This document shows, piece by piece, positions 27,067-41,007 of a stretch of 64,000 bases of DNA. Position 1 is the stretch's first letter; the number at the start of each line of letters is the position of its first letter. The notes under the pieces were generated by a model that was given only the letters and a program-made list of their open reading frames with translations, made no database searches and was not told where the DNA came from. Origin of the DNA: Takakia lepidozioides (Eukaryota > Plantae > Bryophyta); NCBI GenBank assembly GCA_030704615.1, contig CM060731.1:79608001-79672000 (forward strand), written 5' to 3'. A program made the translations under genes and the position numbers.

Positions 27067-28960
27067 TTAGCTATAGATGGTTGGGTACAATTGGCCCTCG
27101 CCCTCCAACCCAGGCGCCTTCTCAACACCCTGTGCGGTTTCCTCTTCCCCATGAACTCTTTCCTTGCGCAATGCATCTGCAAAAGACTCGCCTTCCTTTG
27201 AATAAGAATCGGAGTGCCCTGGTGAAACCTCGTCGACGCCTCTCTCATTATCTGCTGCCTTCTCCAAGCCACTTACAGGCGGTTCCAACTTTGGAGCATC
27301 TTTTTCACTCAAGCCACTTGACCTGTCTTTTGAGGTGACTTCATCATTTGAACCCTTGAAGTCTCTGGTGACAGAAGACTGCTCAGAAGGCATAGTAAGA
27401 GATTTATCAGCTACCTGCCGCTGTCTCTCCTTAGCCTCCTTGAGGCGCTCTTCATAAACCTTCTGCTTGGCTAGAATACGCTCTATCTTTGCTGCAATTT
27501 TCTCCAATTTTTTGGTTAGTTTTTCTACATCATGTTTCCCCTTCTCTTTCTTCTCCTTCTTTTCTTTCTTTTCCTTCTTCTCCTTCCCACCTTCCTCCTC
27601 AATCTTCAAGTCCTTCTCTTTGATGTTATCAGACTTCTCATTCTTTTCTCTCACCTCTTTCAGATGTTCACTTTCCCCATCCAGACTTTTTTCACATTTC
27701 TCCTTTTTGTCGTTCTTCTCTTTCTTCTCCTTCTTGTCCTTCTTACCTTCCTTCTCTTTCCCCTCCAGACTCTTTTCCTTCTTCTCCTTCTTCTCTTTCT
27801 TATCCTTCTTCTCCTTGTGGTCATCTTCACCTTCCCCTTCCAAACTTTTCTCCTTCTCCTTCTTTTCTTTCTTCTCCTTCTTCTCCTTCTTGCCCATCTT
27901 GTCCTTTCCATTCTCCTTGTCCTCCTCCTCCAAACCCTTGTCAAGCTTCTCCTTCTTCGCCTTCACCTCCTTGGTACCCTCTTTGGCATCCTCATCCTTA
28001 TCACCATTTCCCTCCGAGTGCTTCTCGTGTTTCTCTTTCTTCTCCTTGTGGTGTTTGGCTCTCTCTTCCTTCTTTTCCTGTTTCATCACATGCTCACTCC
28101 ACTCAGTCACACTCTGAATCCAGCCAGGAGATGCAGATCAGCAATGCAGAAAGTCCTCCATTTCAAAAGTGAAAATTCAGAGGTACTGAGGCTATTATTT
28201 TCTGAGTCAATAAGCCTCTACATGAACTAAGACAGGAATAGCTAGCCTGACGTCTTCACATGAATTAAAATGCAGATATAGCGTTCTTAACATAAATAGA
28301 GGACATGTAGTCTCATCAAGAAGTAGGATAAATCTTTAAAATCCATGTTCGACGCCAATAAGATGCCAATCTTAGTTCTGAAGCTATCCTGTACATGGAC
28401 TAAGGCAGGAATAGTTAGTCCGAATTCATTACATGAATTCAAAGCCAGATCAGTTTGCTTGACTTCTACAGTTGTGAGATTTGTCCGATTTAGACGTGGT
28501 GCAGACAAAATCCCAATGAGAGCTTCATCACTTACTCAAAACATCCAGTTGATGCATCTGGTGCCTTGTATGAGGAATATAGATGGAAGATCCCACGCAG
28601 TTCAAATCCAAGCTGGTGAACGAGCTAAACAGAGTGGCTACCTGAAAGTGCAATGGACTATTAAGGACGACATGGACCTACCGTCTTAGTCTCGTCAAGT
28701 TTGCCATGTTCTTGAGTCTTTCCGAGAGAATCGATTCCCCTGGTGGTAACCACTTCCTCCATTGCACTTTGAGCCTCTGATACCTCTGTGGTATTATCTG
28801 CTAAAACAGTGTATGGATTAGCTTCCTCCCCTGTGCTTCCTATCATTGGTTCCTCAGGAAATGCCACATCCTTCTGGATCTCTCTCACTTCTACATCACC
28901 CACTGGCAGCTCTGCTCCAGGCTTCTCCACTCTCACAGCCTCATCTTCAAAGTTTGTCAT
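27067..28960 (-). CDS. Lys/Glu/Asp-rich hydrophilic KED-like protein; ~441 aa; exons 28960-28682 and 28113-27067
   Basis: Two ORFs join in phase 0 via ACG|GTAGGT and TTCAG|AGT. Long KKE/KKD repeats are followed by the helix KLTKKLEKIAAKIERILAKQKVYEERLKEA, which resembles the conserved KED-protein motif. Confidence 0.75.
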
Positions 28961-30699
28961 CTTTCATTCACCCTCTAGATATACCTGCAAGAAAGGAAAC
29001 CACAGCATTACTGCTTGAGGTACTTTCATGTATCTGAAGTAAGTTCTTTCTTTCTTCGTTAATTTCCCCTCTGTGTGCTGCATTGAATACTAACACCTCT
29101 AGGCAAGTCCTCAAGATCTGCAACTGATGCCACCAAACTTCCAATGGCATGTATCTAAAAACTTCACAGGTGCCTTTCTAAGCTACGACATCCTTTCTGT
29201 AGATGGTTCGCACAACTCCCACCTACCCTTCTTTACAGCAGTTAGAGTAAAGCAACAGATGTGCCCATCAGCAATTAAACTGCCTTGACAGATTTTGACC
29301 ACAGTTCTCAGACATTGATGACTGTCAAGTCCACTGGAAACGCCCCACCCACAACAGTATCATGGGAGACGAGCAGGCGTAGGCTCATTCACCAGTCTTG
29401 AACTTACCTGTTTCACACTCAAATACAACCTACTGTCCCATATCAACTGAATAACAATCAAATACTACCATGGTGTAGACTACATTAGACTTGGTTCTGA
29501 ATCGACCAATGGAAGTCTGTTCAGGCTTTCATGTGAGGTTCAACAACGGCCGTGTGATGCAGAACACTGCTTGACAGACTGATGTACATGAGAAGTACAG
29601 GTCTTGGTGCCTAGAAGGAGCCAAGGCAGCTCCAGCTATAAGCTCCCATAAGGTTGTTCCAATTGTCTGGAGATGACTTTATGATGCCCCTAAAATGGCA
29701 GTGTACAAAAACTTTAAGATCTTTGTCAATGCACTACTTCCAAATGGACCATTTTAATATATCAATAAGTTGCTTTCACTTCCCTCCAGCACATTGCAAA
29801 GTCCTGCTTCCAGCTGGAGGGGTAAAAAGGAGGTGTTGACTCCTTGATCTACAAAATTCCTCAAGGTAGCCAGATAATTCTTTGCAGAAAGCATGTGATG
29901 TACTACTGATCATCTCCAAAGCTTACAACCCTAAATCCTTAGTGTTGAGAAATTCAGTGCTATCAATCCATATCCAAGGTCTATATCTTTCTCCAACAAT
30001 TCAGTAGGAATCGTGCAAAGGAGGTCCGAGTATTAGTCAACCAGCAATCATAGCTGTTGAACTCTTGTCTCATATCAGTGCAATACATCGCAGCAGACAT
30101 TATCAAATATTAGGCACACCAATGCCTAGATTCAAGTCATTTTCATAATTTCACTCACAACTCTGAAAAAAGTAACAACCCTCATGCAATGCAAACTCCT
30201 CGATATGTAGTCTATTGAACACTGGACGGAGACGTCAAGCCGCATTAGCACAATGTGGTCCGACAACATGCATGGATCTGTTACTCAATTTTCTGCAGGC
30301 TCCGCGGCGACCGCTTAATCGCAAAATGAAAATAATCACAGATTACAGTAGGGACGGTCAACAGCTACCTGATCCTCTAATTTCCATCTCAACTCGCAAA
30401 ACACAACATTACGGATGGTACATAAAACCTTGCATCAGAAGGGATCCAGTGACGAATACGTGATAATTTCCTTTCAACCCAACCCAACAGCATGAGTTTC
30501 AATACTCACGAAAAATAAAGATACACCAGATCACTCCTTGAGTCCGGTTGCGATCACCGCCTGTCGGTCTTCCCCAAAAGACTTCTTGTATGCCGTGTGC
30601 TTGTCGCACTACTTTCTCCAAGCTTGCAATTTCAGGATCGAACTGTGTATGCAGACGCAGTAAATGAGAACCGATAACAAGGCGCAGGGAGCACTTGAG

Positions 30700-30870
30700 C
30701 GATTATAGAAACGAGCACAGTTCTGCTGCTGTGGAAGCCCTACCCAGAAATAGTATGTAGATAGGATACGACACGTGTAAGGCATAAGTGCAGCCACCTG
30801 TCATTTTACTCCGCAGGCGGCCGGCCGACATTTGGCTTCCCACCCGGCCAGCAACTTCCGTTCACCGACA
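30700..30870 (-). promoter_or_regulatory. Putative stress-responsive promoter of the KED-like gene
   Basis: TATA-like TTCTATAATC (minus, 30701-30710), G-box/ABRE ACACGTGTC (30770-30778), DRE/CRT cores GCCGAC (30824-30829) and ACCGAC (30864-30869), and a 5'-UTR intron donor GTGAGT near 30509. Confidence 0.5.
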
Positions 30871-31629
30871 AATGCGTGAAGTGCTTTATCTTCCTCATAT
30901 CGAGAAAGAAAAATGGGTCACAGGCTGATGAGCCTTTGTGTGGAATGAACTCAACCAGGAAAACCTCACAGATCTATAGCTTCAAAGGGGTTGAGCTTTG
31001 GATGACAGCACCGGTGTAGGGAGAGCATTGTGGTTAGAAATCTGCACAAGATTTTTTATGCACATTGTCTCCCATATGACTTGGAGCCGGCCGGCCTCAA
31101 GACGTGAACGAGTTTTTCTCTTATTGATTCCGAGGTCGAAAAATTTAGATGCACTTGAATATGTGGTCCTCATTACTAGGTCAAGCTAATAGACATTATG
31201 GTACTAATATGTCTTATGAGCTGTGTAGCCTCTTACCCAAGAGTTAAGAGATTCCTATCTATTGTGAAAAAATAACCAGAGAAGGTGATGTCCGGCAAAC
31301 TGTTTTGTCTAATATATTTCTAGGGCCTCTATCCCCTGTTCATAAAAATATTTAAAAAAATGAGTGCAAAAAAAAATTAAATTAAATGGCAACCCTATTT
31401 CACAATAGGTAGTGTTTTCACCAAGCTATTGATTGACTGATGGTTGTGGGATGTTGCAACTCGTTAGATTGTCATTCATCGTATAGGTTTGTACATCATT
31501 CCCGTTTAGGTACGGCCCCTTCTAATTTATCACCAAACAAACTCGTAGTAAAGATATATAAGTTGCACAGTTTTAAGACAAAACATGATAGTAAAATGCA
31601 ACTTCTAGTTACAATATGGACTCTGGAAT

Positions 31630-33330
31630 TTTGCTCAGGCAAACACCAAGATCATGGGCATTCCGGGAAGGACAGGGGTTCACCCACATTGCATCCTTGC
31701 AGTCGGGGAGCAGTTCCTCACAGATGAGACTGTCTCTGAAATGTTCGGCAGGAGGAGATCCAAAGCATGGGCCACAATCTTGTCCAACATCCCACAATAC
31801 ATACTACCCTTGCTGAATGAGGGAAGTCAAACCTGGACAACACCAGCCTGGATGGCCTACCCACAAGGAAACAGCATGTCAGTCATCCCGGTTATGGAAA
31901 TACTGGGAACCATGGCATCCGGTCCGGGGTTTGCAATGGACTGCGAAGGTGATCTGGCATATAGAGATATGGTGGATGTGGACAGGAATGCCCTCTTCCA
32001 TATAAGGGTGCTTGACAACATGGGAAATGCCAATCCAATACCGCCTCGACGGATGGAATCTCAATGGGCTTGTCACCAATCTCTCTCCTGGTTTCTAATG
32101 TGCACATTGAAAGACTTGCAGTTCGACCCAGGGGAATGGAGATGGATGGATAAGAAGAAAAGCCCCTTCTTCTCCTATGCTGTAAAAAAGGGCTATTGAT
32201 CTCTCATCAACCCACCCCGCTCATTTGCTTACAGATGGGCTACCAAATGGGGCAACCTGCAATTTACCCAAGCCACCTGGAACAAGATCTGGAAAGACAT
32301 ATGGAGGAAAGACAGACCGGCAAAGCTTTCTGGCTTCCTCTGGAAGTTGACACATAGAATACTTCCAGTCAAAACAACAGACGCACGAGGAACACCCTTC
32401 ATGCACCCTCTGTCATGCAGAGCCCGAGTCCATTGAGCATTGCTAGTTGTTTTGCAATTTGTCAAGCAAAGTCTGGCGGGTGGTTCTCACATTCTACTCC
32501 CATTGGGCCTCCCTTCCATCTCCACCCTCCCCGTCCTTGCTACTACTCTTAGGGCCCACACTTTATGGAATCTTTGGAAAATCAGATGTGCTTGGATTTA
32601 AAACCCCCCAGTGGCATATCTGTGTTGTTTCATACTTATCATGATCTGTGAGGGGAGGAAAGTGTGGGCACTGTTTATGCAGCTATTCCCAGAACTTTGA
32701 AGCAATGAAGGAGGAAGTTGCTTCAAGATTTCCTTCAGTCCTGGGGCAAAGGCGACTTGTTCGGCTCCTGTCTTCCCAACATGCGATTTACATGGCAACA
32801 ATCCATCACCTCTCAATGGGAAGTCCCCTAGTGATGGGGGAGGAAGAAAATTTCAATTGGCGCCACGAGAAAACTCGGGACCCGGCCGAATTTAGAACTC
32901 AACTCAAGTTCTGATACCTGTAGCTCTTGTTGGCTGGACTACCTCAGCTCCCTTATCAGCTCCCCTGCTCCAGTCTGCTCCAAAGCTTCAGGCAGCTCCA
33001 ACCGTTACTCTTAGGACTGTCATGCTTTTGCAGCTCGGATCTCTCTCTTAGTGTGTTCAGGACCTACCTGACTCTTACCTGGCACTTACTTACCTCATAT
33101 CAACTCTAGAACACCTCTACCATAGCAGCAAAAATCCCTTTTACACCCCACCTCCCCCCCCCCCCCTCTCTACTCTGGCAACCCCTCTCTCCCCTTAATC
33201 TTTTGTTAGCGAGGGTCTTAGGGAAGTTCCCCCTCAGTAAGCCTTCACGGCCTTACTAGGTGGTTATTTCTTCCACCTTTGTGACATCTTTTTAAATCAA
33301 TTTGATTAAAAGGGCCTCTGTCCCCTTTTC

Positions 33331-33359
<29 letters not shown>
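31630..33359 (+). mobile_element. 5'-truncated, decayed L1-clade LINE (C-terminal zf-RVT region, 3' UTR, poly-A)
   Basis: Frames give WNKIWKDIWRKDRPAKLSGFLWKLTHRILP and CTLCHAEPESIEHC..FC..SSKVW. Poly-A at 33331-33359. The 5' boundary is approximate and no TSD was found. Confidence 0.85.
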
Positions 33360-33361
<2 letters not shown>

Positions 33362-33399
33362 GCTAGTGTTTTCCATGTACTCATGCTTACCATGCTGAA

Positions 33400-36300
33400 G
33401 ACGTAGGCACAAGGTCTAACCCTCTTGAAAATGATCTGTATACTTAACACACTTGTTAAAACTCCTAGCGTACACCTCTTGAGCCAAGACAATGTTAGCT
33501 TTGCCCTCAATCACTAACACCATGTGACGTGCATGCAACCGATCTAAGAAGTTAGACAGATCCACATGTTCAGAAATAGTAGAAACTAGAGGAGAATCAT
33601 ACAAAGGAGACACACAATATTGCCTATAAAATAATTCAAATGATGTCTTCTTCGTGCTAGAACGAACAATAGTGCGATAAGCAAAGACCACAGGAGGAAT
33701 GAATATGTCACACTCCCTTGTGAGCGCGCCTTACTTCTCCAACATTCTGCACAAGGTCCTAGGTCCATGGCTTCTTCCGCCTTGTCCTCCTCATGTTTGA
33801 CGCCAAAATTGAAACATATCATGGACAAGAGCTGATTGCAGATCAACTATTTCCTTGGTCCATAAATATCTGAAGAGAACAACCATGCCAAAGCACAACC
33901 TCATCAAAGAAGAATGGGGCAACCAAGTCGGAATCCTTTGTGATTAAATGACGGATTTTTATCCACTTGTTCAAGTAGTCTATAACTGTACAAAGATATT
34001 TATGTCCATTTGATGTGAGCGCGAGAGGTCCCACCAAGTCTAAGCCAACACGAGCAAAAACATGCGTGACAGGCAAAAGTTGCAATTCATAAGTTATTCC
34101 CACCCTAGGAAGCGCAAGGTTAGAACAACATGCTTCACACTTAGAGACATAAGCCGTCACATTATGTTGGATTCATTTTCAGTAATACACTTCATGAATG
34201 CGAGCAATGTTCTTCTTGATCCCAAGATGCCCAGTATACAAAGAAGAGTGAAAACGTTTCAACCAAGTATCCAACTGGCTCCGTATTGGTAGTACCTCCA
34301 TGTACAAGAGTTTCCATCCCTAGCACACTCCTTGAAAAGTTGTCTATTCATGCAGCGATGAGTGTCAATGTTGTAAAGCACTTACTTTCTCAAATTCTCT
34401 GGAAGTCTTACAGGCCTAGGTGATCGTCCATTCAAATATCGATGGAGTAGCTCTGCATGCAGCTGATAATCCATGATAGTACTGCAAATAAACGAGATTC
34501 AATGGGTTTAGCAATAGTGGACTGGAGTGATTGCCTCGTGTTATCTCTAGCCACTAATTAAGTCATTATCTCATTTGAAACGGCTCATGGGAAGGCTAAT
34601 CAGGCCTTGAAGCTCTGCCAAAATCCACACTAGAGTACAGCAGTAGGTGCACCAAACCAAATCCAAGCTGGTTTTAAAAAGAAAAGTGCGAACAAGGAAG
34701 GATATTCAGCCCCTACTAGGCTTTATGCAAGAAGTCCACTGCTCACACTAGCACCAAAATATTCAACCAGTGTCATCAAAAGACTAGACCATTCCCAAGT
34801 GATCTCCAAATTGGCAAGATCAAGCAAACGTGGCTATTGATCAACACACAAAAGGTTTAGAATAGGGTCTGATTCCTTGGCACAGGCCATGTAAAAAGCA
34901 GCAAAGTCATCCAATGTAATTACCATAAACTGCCTCACATGTGACTCAACTTAAGTAAGAGCAGATCAGCATTAGAGTTCTCTTTGTCTTTCTTGTAAAC
35001 AATGTCAAGGTCAAATTCTTGCAAGAACATAGCCCAACATGTCAATCTATCATGCAACTCACGAGGACGAAGCAAGGCTTTGAGAGGAAGGTGATCAGTC
35101 TCCATAATAAATTTGATGTCATGAAGATATTGCCTGAAGTGCTTCACACCAAAGATCAAGGCTAGCCCTTCTTTGTCAGTAATAACATAGTTCTTTTCAT
35201 GTTTGTCTAATTTCTAAGAGGCATAGGCAATGACATGCTCATTGCCTTCAACAACTTGGTATAAGATAGTACATACTGCTACATCTAAAGCATCAATTTG
35301 CATTTTGAAAGGCAATTGAAAGTCTGGAAACATAAGAACAAAGGTAGTAGTAGTGGCAACTTCCAGACGATCAAAGGCAATATGTTGAAAAATGCCCCAT
35401 TCAAACCGACATCTTTGGCCAACAACGTAGTGAAAGCAAAGGCAAGTTTGGCAAAAGTCTTGATGAATCTTCACCGGTAGGAAGCCAAACCAAGAAATGA
35501 CTTAATACAGTGTTTGTCCTTAAGAATCAGAAACTCACAAAACAGCACGAAGTCTTTCAGGATCAGATTCCAGGCCGTCCTTGGACAGTACATGCCCCAA
35601 GAAGTGCAATTTCGGGATACAGAATTCACATATTTATAATAAATTGACCTTAAGTCCAACAACTCTAAGTTTGTAAAGAACATGTTGCAAGTCAATAAGA
35701 TGGGTTTCAAAAGTAGCAAAATATACATTGATGTCATCAACGTATATTAGAGCACACTCCTATCGAAGGTTACCAAGAACAATGTTCATTTAGGCGCTAA
35801 AAGGTGGATGTGTCATACCAAAGGGTGTCATGGTTTCATACTAGTACTTCCACATTCTACAAACAAATGATGTTTTCTCATTTGCTTCCTTTTTAAGTGG
35901 CACTTGCCAAAGTCCAAAGGTAAGATCCAAAGTAGAGAAGTCCGTGGCTCCATGCAACATGTCCAGGTTTCATTTATCTGAAGAAGAGGGTAAGCATCTT
36001 TTTTTTGTAATACCATTCAAACGGCAAAAGTCCACATGTACACAAAACCTGGTGCTACGTCCATCTTTCTTTCCCACAAGCACAATAGGACTAGCTGCTG
36101 GAGAAATAGAAGGCTTGATCATCTCGGCATCCAACATCATGCGAATTTTTTTTTGGACTATGCCTCTTTCCTCTACGCTCTCACCGTAGGCATGTAATTG
36201 TTTGACAAGAGATATTTCCGCAATAAATATCATGTTGTAAGATATGAGTCTTACAAAGATCAGAATGTCATAGGCTAATTATGTCAAGATAATGAGCCAC

Positions 36301-36580
36301 CAAGGCCTTCACTGTTTCTGATCTTCAGCCAGCAATGGATTAAACTTAATCTCCTTAAGAACCTTGGCCAGATCTTCCTTACCTTGTCTATCCAATTTGG
36401 CAGAGGTCACCTTGAGGAGAAGATATGTTGCTAGAAAAAGCCATGATAGCATCAGCCTCATCTTGGACTATGCCCAGAGCTCCCAACCCAAAGCTCGGCT
36501 GTACCTCACAAATCTTAGAGATGTGACGAGTTGAAATTTTAGCTAGTACTTGTCCTTTCTTGATTACCACAAGGGTTTTT
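33400..36580 (-). mobile_element. Heavily decayed Ty3/gypsy LTR-retrotransposon pol remnant
   Basis: Domain order RT (SPAASPIVLVGKKDG..RFC; YVDD at 35733-35744), RNase H (FPDFQLPF..QIDA; METDHLPL; ENSNAD), integrase (CEAC; VGLDLVGPL; VIDYLNKW). Many stops and frameshifts; no LTRs identified. Confidence 0.9.
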
Positions 36581-37734
36581 TCCCAATTACTTTTATCTTT
36601 GTCTTTTTACCTCTTTCTTTTTATTCCTTTTCGATTGACCTTGGACCTCTCTTTCCCATACTTGTCATGAATTTGCTAACCCTCATTTTCTGAAAATTCC
36701 CTCATTTTTTCCTTCCTCGTATTTCATACCTTCTTTCTATTTCTCACCACCATCATTCTCCTTTGAATGTTATTTTTGGGCAAGGGAAGAGACTCTTATA
36801 TTGTACGCTAGCTCCAGTTGGCGTCATCTCTCTCTTTATTTTTATTTTTGGGTTGTTTGCTAAGGGACTGACTTCATTCTTCTATCATTCTTTCTTTTAT
36901 CTCATTAATATTAGTTTTTTTTGTACCCCTCCCGAATGTTGTGAAGTCCATCTTCTTTCTTTCCTCCTCAACTTGTTTTGATATTCTTCCCCAATCTCTA
37001 GATAAAACTCATAAAACTTTGTTTGTCATAGCTTTGTAGTTATAGACCAAGTTGCACCCAGTTTGGGCAAAGCAAAAAAGAAATGTGCAAGAGATGTAGG
37101 AAGAGAGAGATTGGGTTGGGTTTGCGCTGTGTGTGATGAATGCTAGTATACATGAGCCTGTGAATAGGCGCAGACTCACAGGCTCATGGGAGCAAATCTG
37201 GATACTCAGACCTACTCATGGATACATAACCCATATCCGTGGAGGTTCCTTTGAAGGTCAATTACCCACTGTGCAAACCAAAACAAAGACCATTGTTGAA
37301 AGAAAATAGTTAGTTAGTTAGTTCTATCCCCGTACTTTCCTAACTTTACCTGCTTGTTTCAATTCCCGAATCATGGGTTAAAACCCTAATTGTCAACCAT
37401 TAAGTATTTTATTATATATATATAGGGGGGCATGGGGGGCGGGGGGAAATGAAGGAAGGGAGTTAAGGGCTAATCGTTGATGAACAAAGGGTTTTTTTTC
37501 CTTGTGATTTTTGTGGTTTTTTACGAAATCAAGGGAGAGCTTGCTTACCACTAGTGAGCACTGTACCAACGTACCACTAGTGAAATCCACTAAAGTCTTA
37601 TAGTGGCAGGAGAGTTTGTTTGAGCCTTGGAGCACGTCCACGAAAGATAGACATGTTTTAGGGTTTGAAAGGAAATGAAGGGCAGCTGGCAGTGAGTCAT
37701 GAGTCAGGGAGCTAGGGATGTCAGTCCCCCAGCT

Positions 37735-40700
37735 ATTTTTTTATTTTTTTTATTTATTTTATTTATTTTTTGGTGAACAGGGGATTTGGCCCTAGATTAA
37801 CTTTATTTGAATTATTAAAGGGAAAAAAATTAAATCCCTTGAGTGGCACGTGGCCGCCATAAGGCCCACACACACGATAATCGTGACAGATACCCCGAAG
37901 AACAGTGACAGTAACAATGTTTCAGAGCTAGACAAGGAACAGACTCCTAGAAAGCTTCAGAGACTGAGAACGATCCCTGATAAATATCATTCAAACCTAG
38001 GTTGATGTAGGTTTTTGTGCCAGACTATGTAGCAACATGTCTGAAGGACTTGGGAAAAATGGAGCCTCTATTTTAAAGAACAAGAGATCATGGTGCTGGT
38101 ACAGAAGAACGTCCACTATGCGCACCTCTATCTGAGATATGAGAGCTTTGTCTTTGTGGTTGTTCTCACATGTTTCCAGTTGACATCGGACTTATCCGCG
38201 AACTCGGGGGAAGCGGTAGAGGAAGGTTCGCTTTCTCCTCCATTGAGGGGGGATCTGCCCAGGCCAGACACAGGTGTCAGGCCCTGAACAGGTACAGATG
38301 ACGCCTCCTCTCCCCCAGGTGGAGTTGAATTTGGCAATGAGCAATTGTTCTCGTTCTGGCTTCCTGGCAATACCTGCACAGTCTTTTTTCCAAGCCAACT
38401 TAGCCGATATTGTCAGATCAAAAAAGATTTTTCAGAGGAGTGATGAAGCAGTAGAATTACTGCCCTCCATAGACCACTTACTTCTAGCTTTCCACAATTG
38501 CACAGTGTGGCCCCTCTGAGGGACTCAAAGACAGGGCAAGAGGAGGCTATAGTTTTGGTTGCTTTGTTATAATTAAGGAGGATTTCCACTTTGTCACCAA
38601 GGAATGGGCCCCAACTGGAATAGAATGAAGCAACGAATGGCCATATGAGAGATGGTCCTTGATAGGAAATAAGACAATGCTCCATGATTTCAATTGTGCC
38701 AATGTTGCAGCATGTGCAGAGCAGAGCCTCCTGAAAGTTTAGAAATTGCCCAACCTTCAGTACTCGGTTTGCAATCTGCCACAGGAAAGTACTAAGCTTT
38801 GGCAGGTCCATTCTTGTCCCATACCAATGCCCAAAGGATGCCCCAGTTTTCATCATGAAAGTTTTGTAGACCCCACCTGTCATTCTACTTGTCTCATAGG
38901 GCAGCGGTGTTGTTGAGGGATCTGTAGGCTTTTTTGGTGGAGTAAGAGAAAAACTGAGAGCGAACACCTTCCAGGTTCCATTGCCACTCCCCTGGGTCTA
39001 GTTGAAGTTCCTGAATGTGACATCTTCCTATCCAGGCAAAGGTACCAGCTTGGATCGATTGGTTTGTCTATGGGGGCTGTAGGGTTGAATTCTTTGCCAC
39101 ATCTTGACCAATGACAAATTATAATCGGGCTGACCTGCGACATGTGTAGGGGCTGGAGCTGGATGGAGTAGAGTGAGAGGAAGCCTAAGAAAGAGTCAGC
39201 CACAAATCCAAAGCCAAAGACAGAGTCCTGGGTGGCTTTGTAATAAACAGCACCGAGAACGGTTTATTGACAGATTGGACCCACTGGTGGCTCTTGTGAA
39301 TTTCCTTGCCTCCTTTGAGAATCAGTTTCCATGGATCAAGGATACTATGAATTATAGATTGAATTCTTGCCACGAGTCTGTTTTGCCCCAACGCTACTCT
39401 AAGGGACTCTGGGGTGCTGGACCATAGGTGAGCAATTTGGGAGAAGCCCCTTGTTTCCCATGCTGCCCATCGTCTTGCATGTCCTCTCTCTTGAGGTGTC
39501 GGAGTGGATGAGTTTAAGAAGAGATATTGCCTGATGGTTTCTTGGAATGTGGAAGGTTCATGTTTGAGCAGAAAGGGTCTAAGTCTTTTCTAGGCTTTCC
39601 AGATGGATTGCCATAGCGGAGATCCTATGGATTTGTGATTGAAACCTTGAGTTATCCACCTTGTGGATCGCCCCCATTGTGTGTTCAGGAGGGTAGAGCT
39701 GAAGGCTATGTTATCCTCCACAAGTAGTTTCCACCAGCCCCCTTCTGGCCCCAAGAATCTGGGGATCCACTTTCCAAGGAGCGTTTGAATTTGCATTTTT
39801 GGGTCTAAGACCCCCAGACCTCCCTTCTTTTTTGGGAGGCAGTTTTGTCTCCAAGACACTTGAGGTCTTTTATATTGTGTAGTGCTATTGGCTCCCCATA
39901 TAAAGTTCCTCACACATCTTTTCACCTCTCCTAAGAATTCAGAGTTTGGGCCCCAAGTGGATGCGAAGTACCAGATTCCCGCTTCTAGGATCTGATTTGC
40001 CACTAGAGCTCTTCCTGTGATGGACAGGTAGCAGGAACCCCAATATGCCAGTTTTCGCTTAAGCTTAGCGAGGATAGGTCCCATTCTTTGAGCGTCTGTG
40101 AGCTGGTCTATCCCGGAGGCATATCCCAGCAGAGTTGTGGACTCTTCTGGCCGAAGCCAGACAAGACCTAAATTATCTCCCCAGGTGGGGGTATCCCCGA
40201 TTGTGGATGCAGACCAATCTCCCACCAGAATGGCCTTGGTTTTCATCCAGTTAACTCTGAATCCCGAGACTTCACAAAACTGAGCTAGAGTGTCCTGAGC
40301 AGCCTAAAGAGAGTTGGGGTTGGCATCAAGTAGCAAGAAAGTATCATCCACGAACATGGAGTCTTTCACTTGGGCTATAGATTGCGTCTTGGGGTTTGTA
40401 ATTCGAAGGCCTTGCACATAATTGTTGGAGTCCAGCAGATAGCCCAGGGCATTTGCCACGAACAGGAAGAGGAAGGGGGCTAGGGGGACACCCTTGTCTA
40501 ACCAATTTGTGAAGAGAGAAGGATTTTGACAAGTGCCCATTGACCAGAACTCTACTAGTGGACTGATGGAGCAGGATTTCTACCCAGTGACAGAAGTTGG
40601 GAGGGAGCCTAGTTTTTCGCAAAATGGCTAGCAAGAAGGTCCAATCTACCTTGTCGAAGGCTTTTTCGGAGTCTAGGAGCCAAAGAGCCAAGGCCTGACC

Positions 40701-40744
40701 GTTTTTGGTTGCGTAGGAGGCGGCCTCGTGAACGAGAAGGATAT

Positions 40745-40745
<1 letters not shown>
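37735..40745 (-). mobile_element. L1-clade LINE, 3' part (RT from NILLVHEA onward, zf-RVT, 3' UTR, A-rich tail)
   Basis: LDSEKAFDKVDW, VRQGCP, MFVDDT, LSITGRALVAN, CLPKKKGGLG, FLWQIANRVL..CTCC..EHCL. A-rich tail at ~37735-37771. Confidence 0.92.
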
Positions 40746-40795
<50 letters not shown>

Positions 40796-41007
40796 CTCCG
40801 GCCGAAGCCGGCGTAACTAAGAGCCACTTCGCCTTGCGGCTACTGCCCCTTTTCAGGGGTGGGCCCTATGTGAAATGCTGGTGCCCAAGGGACACCAATT
40901 GACCGACTGATGGAGAGAAACCCGAGCCAAGGGTACCACATGGTACCCAAGGGGACCCACGGGGTACCCCATGGGTATCCACGGGTACCTAAAGGCGACT
41001 GGGATAC

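Noticed and set aside
27467-28230. Plus-strand F/S/L-rich ORFs of 216 and 232 aa
   Set aside because: Antisense shadows of the K/E-rich coding exon.
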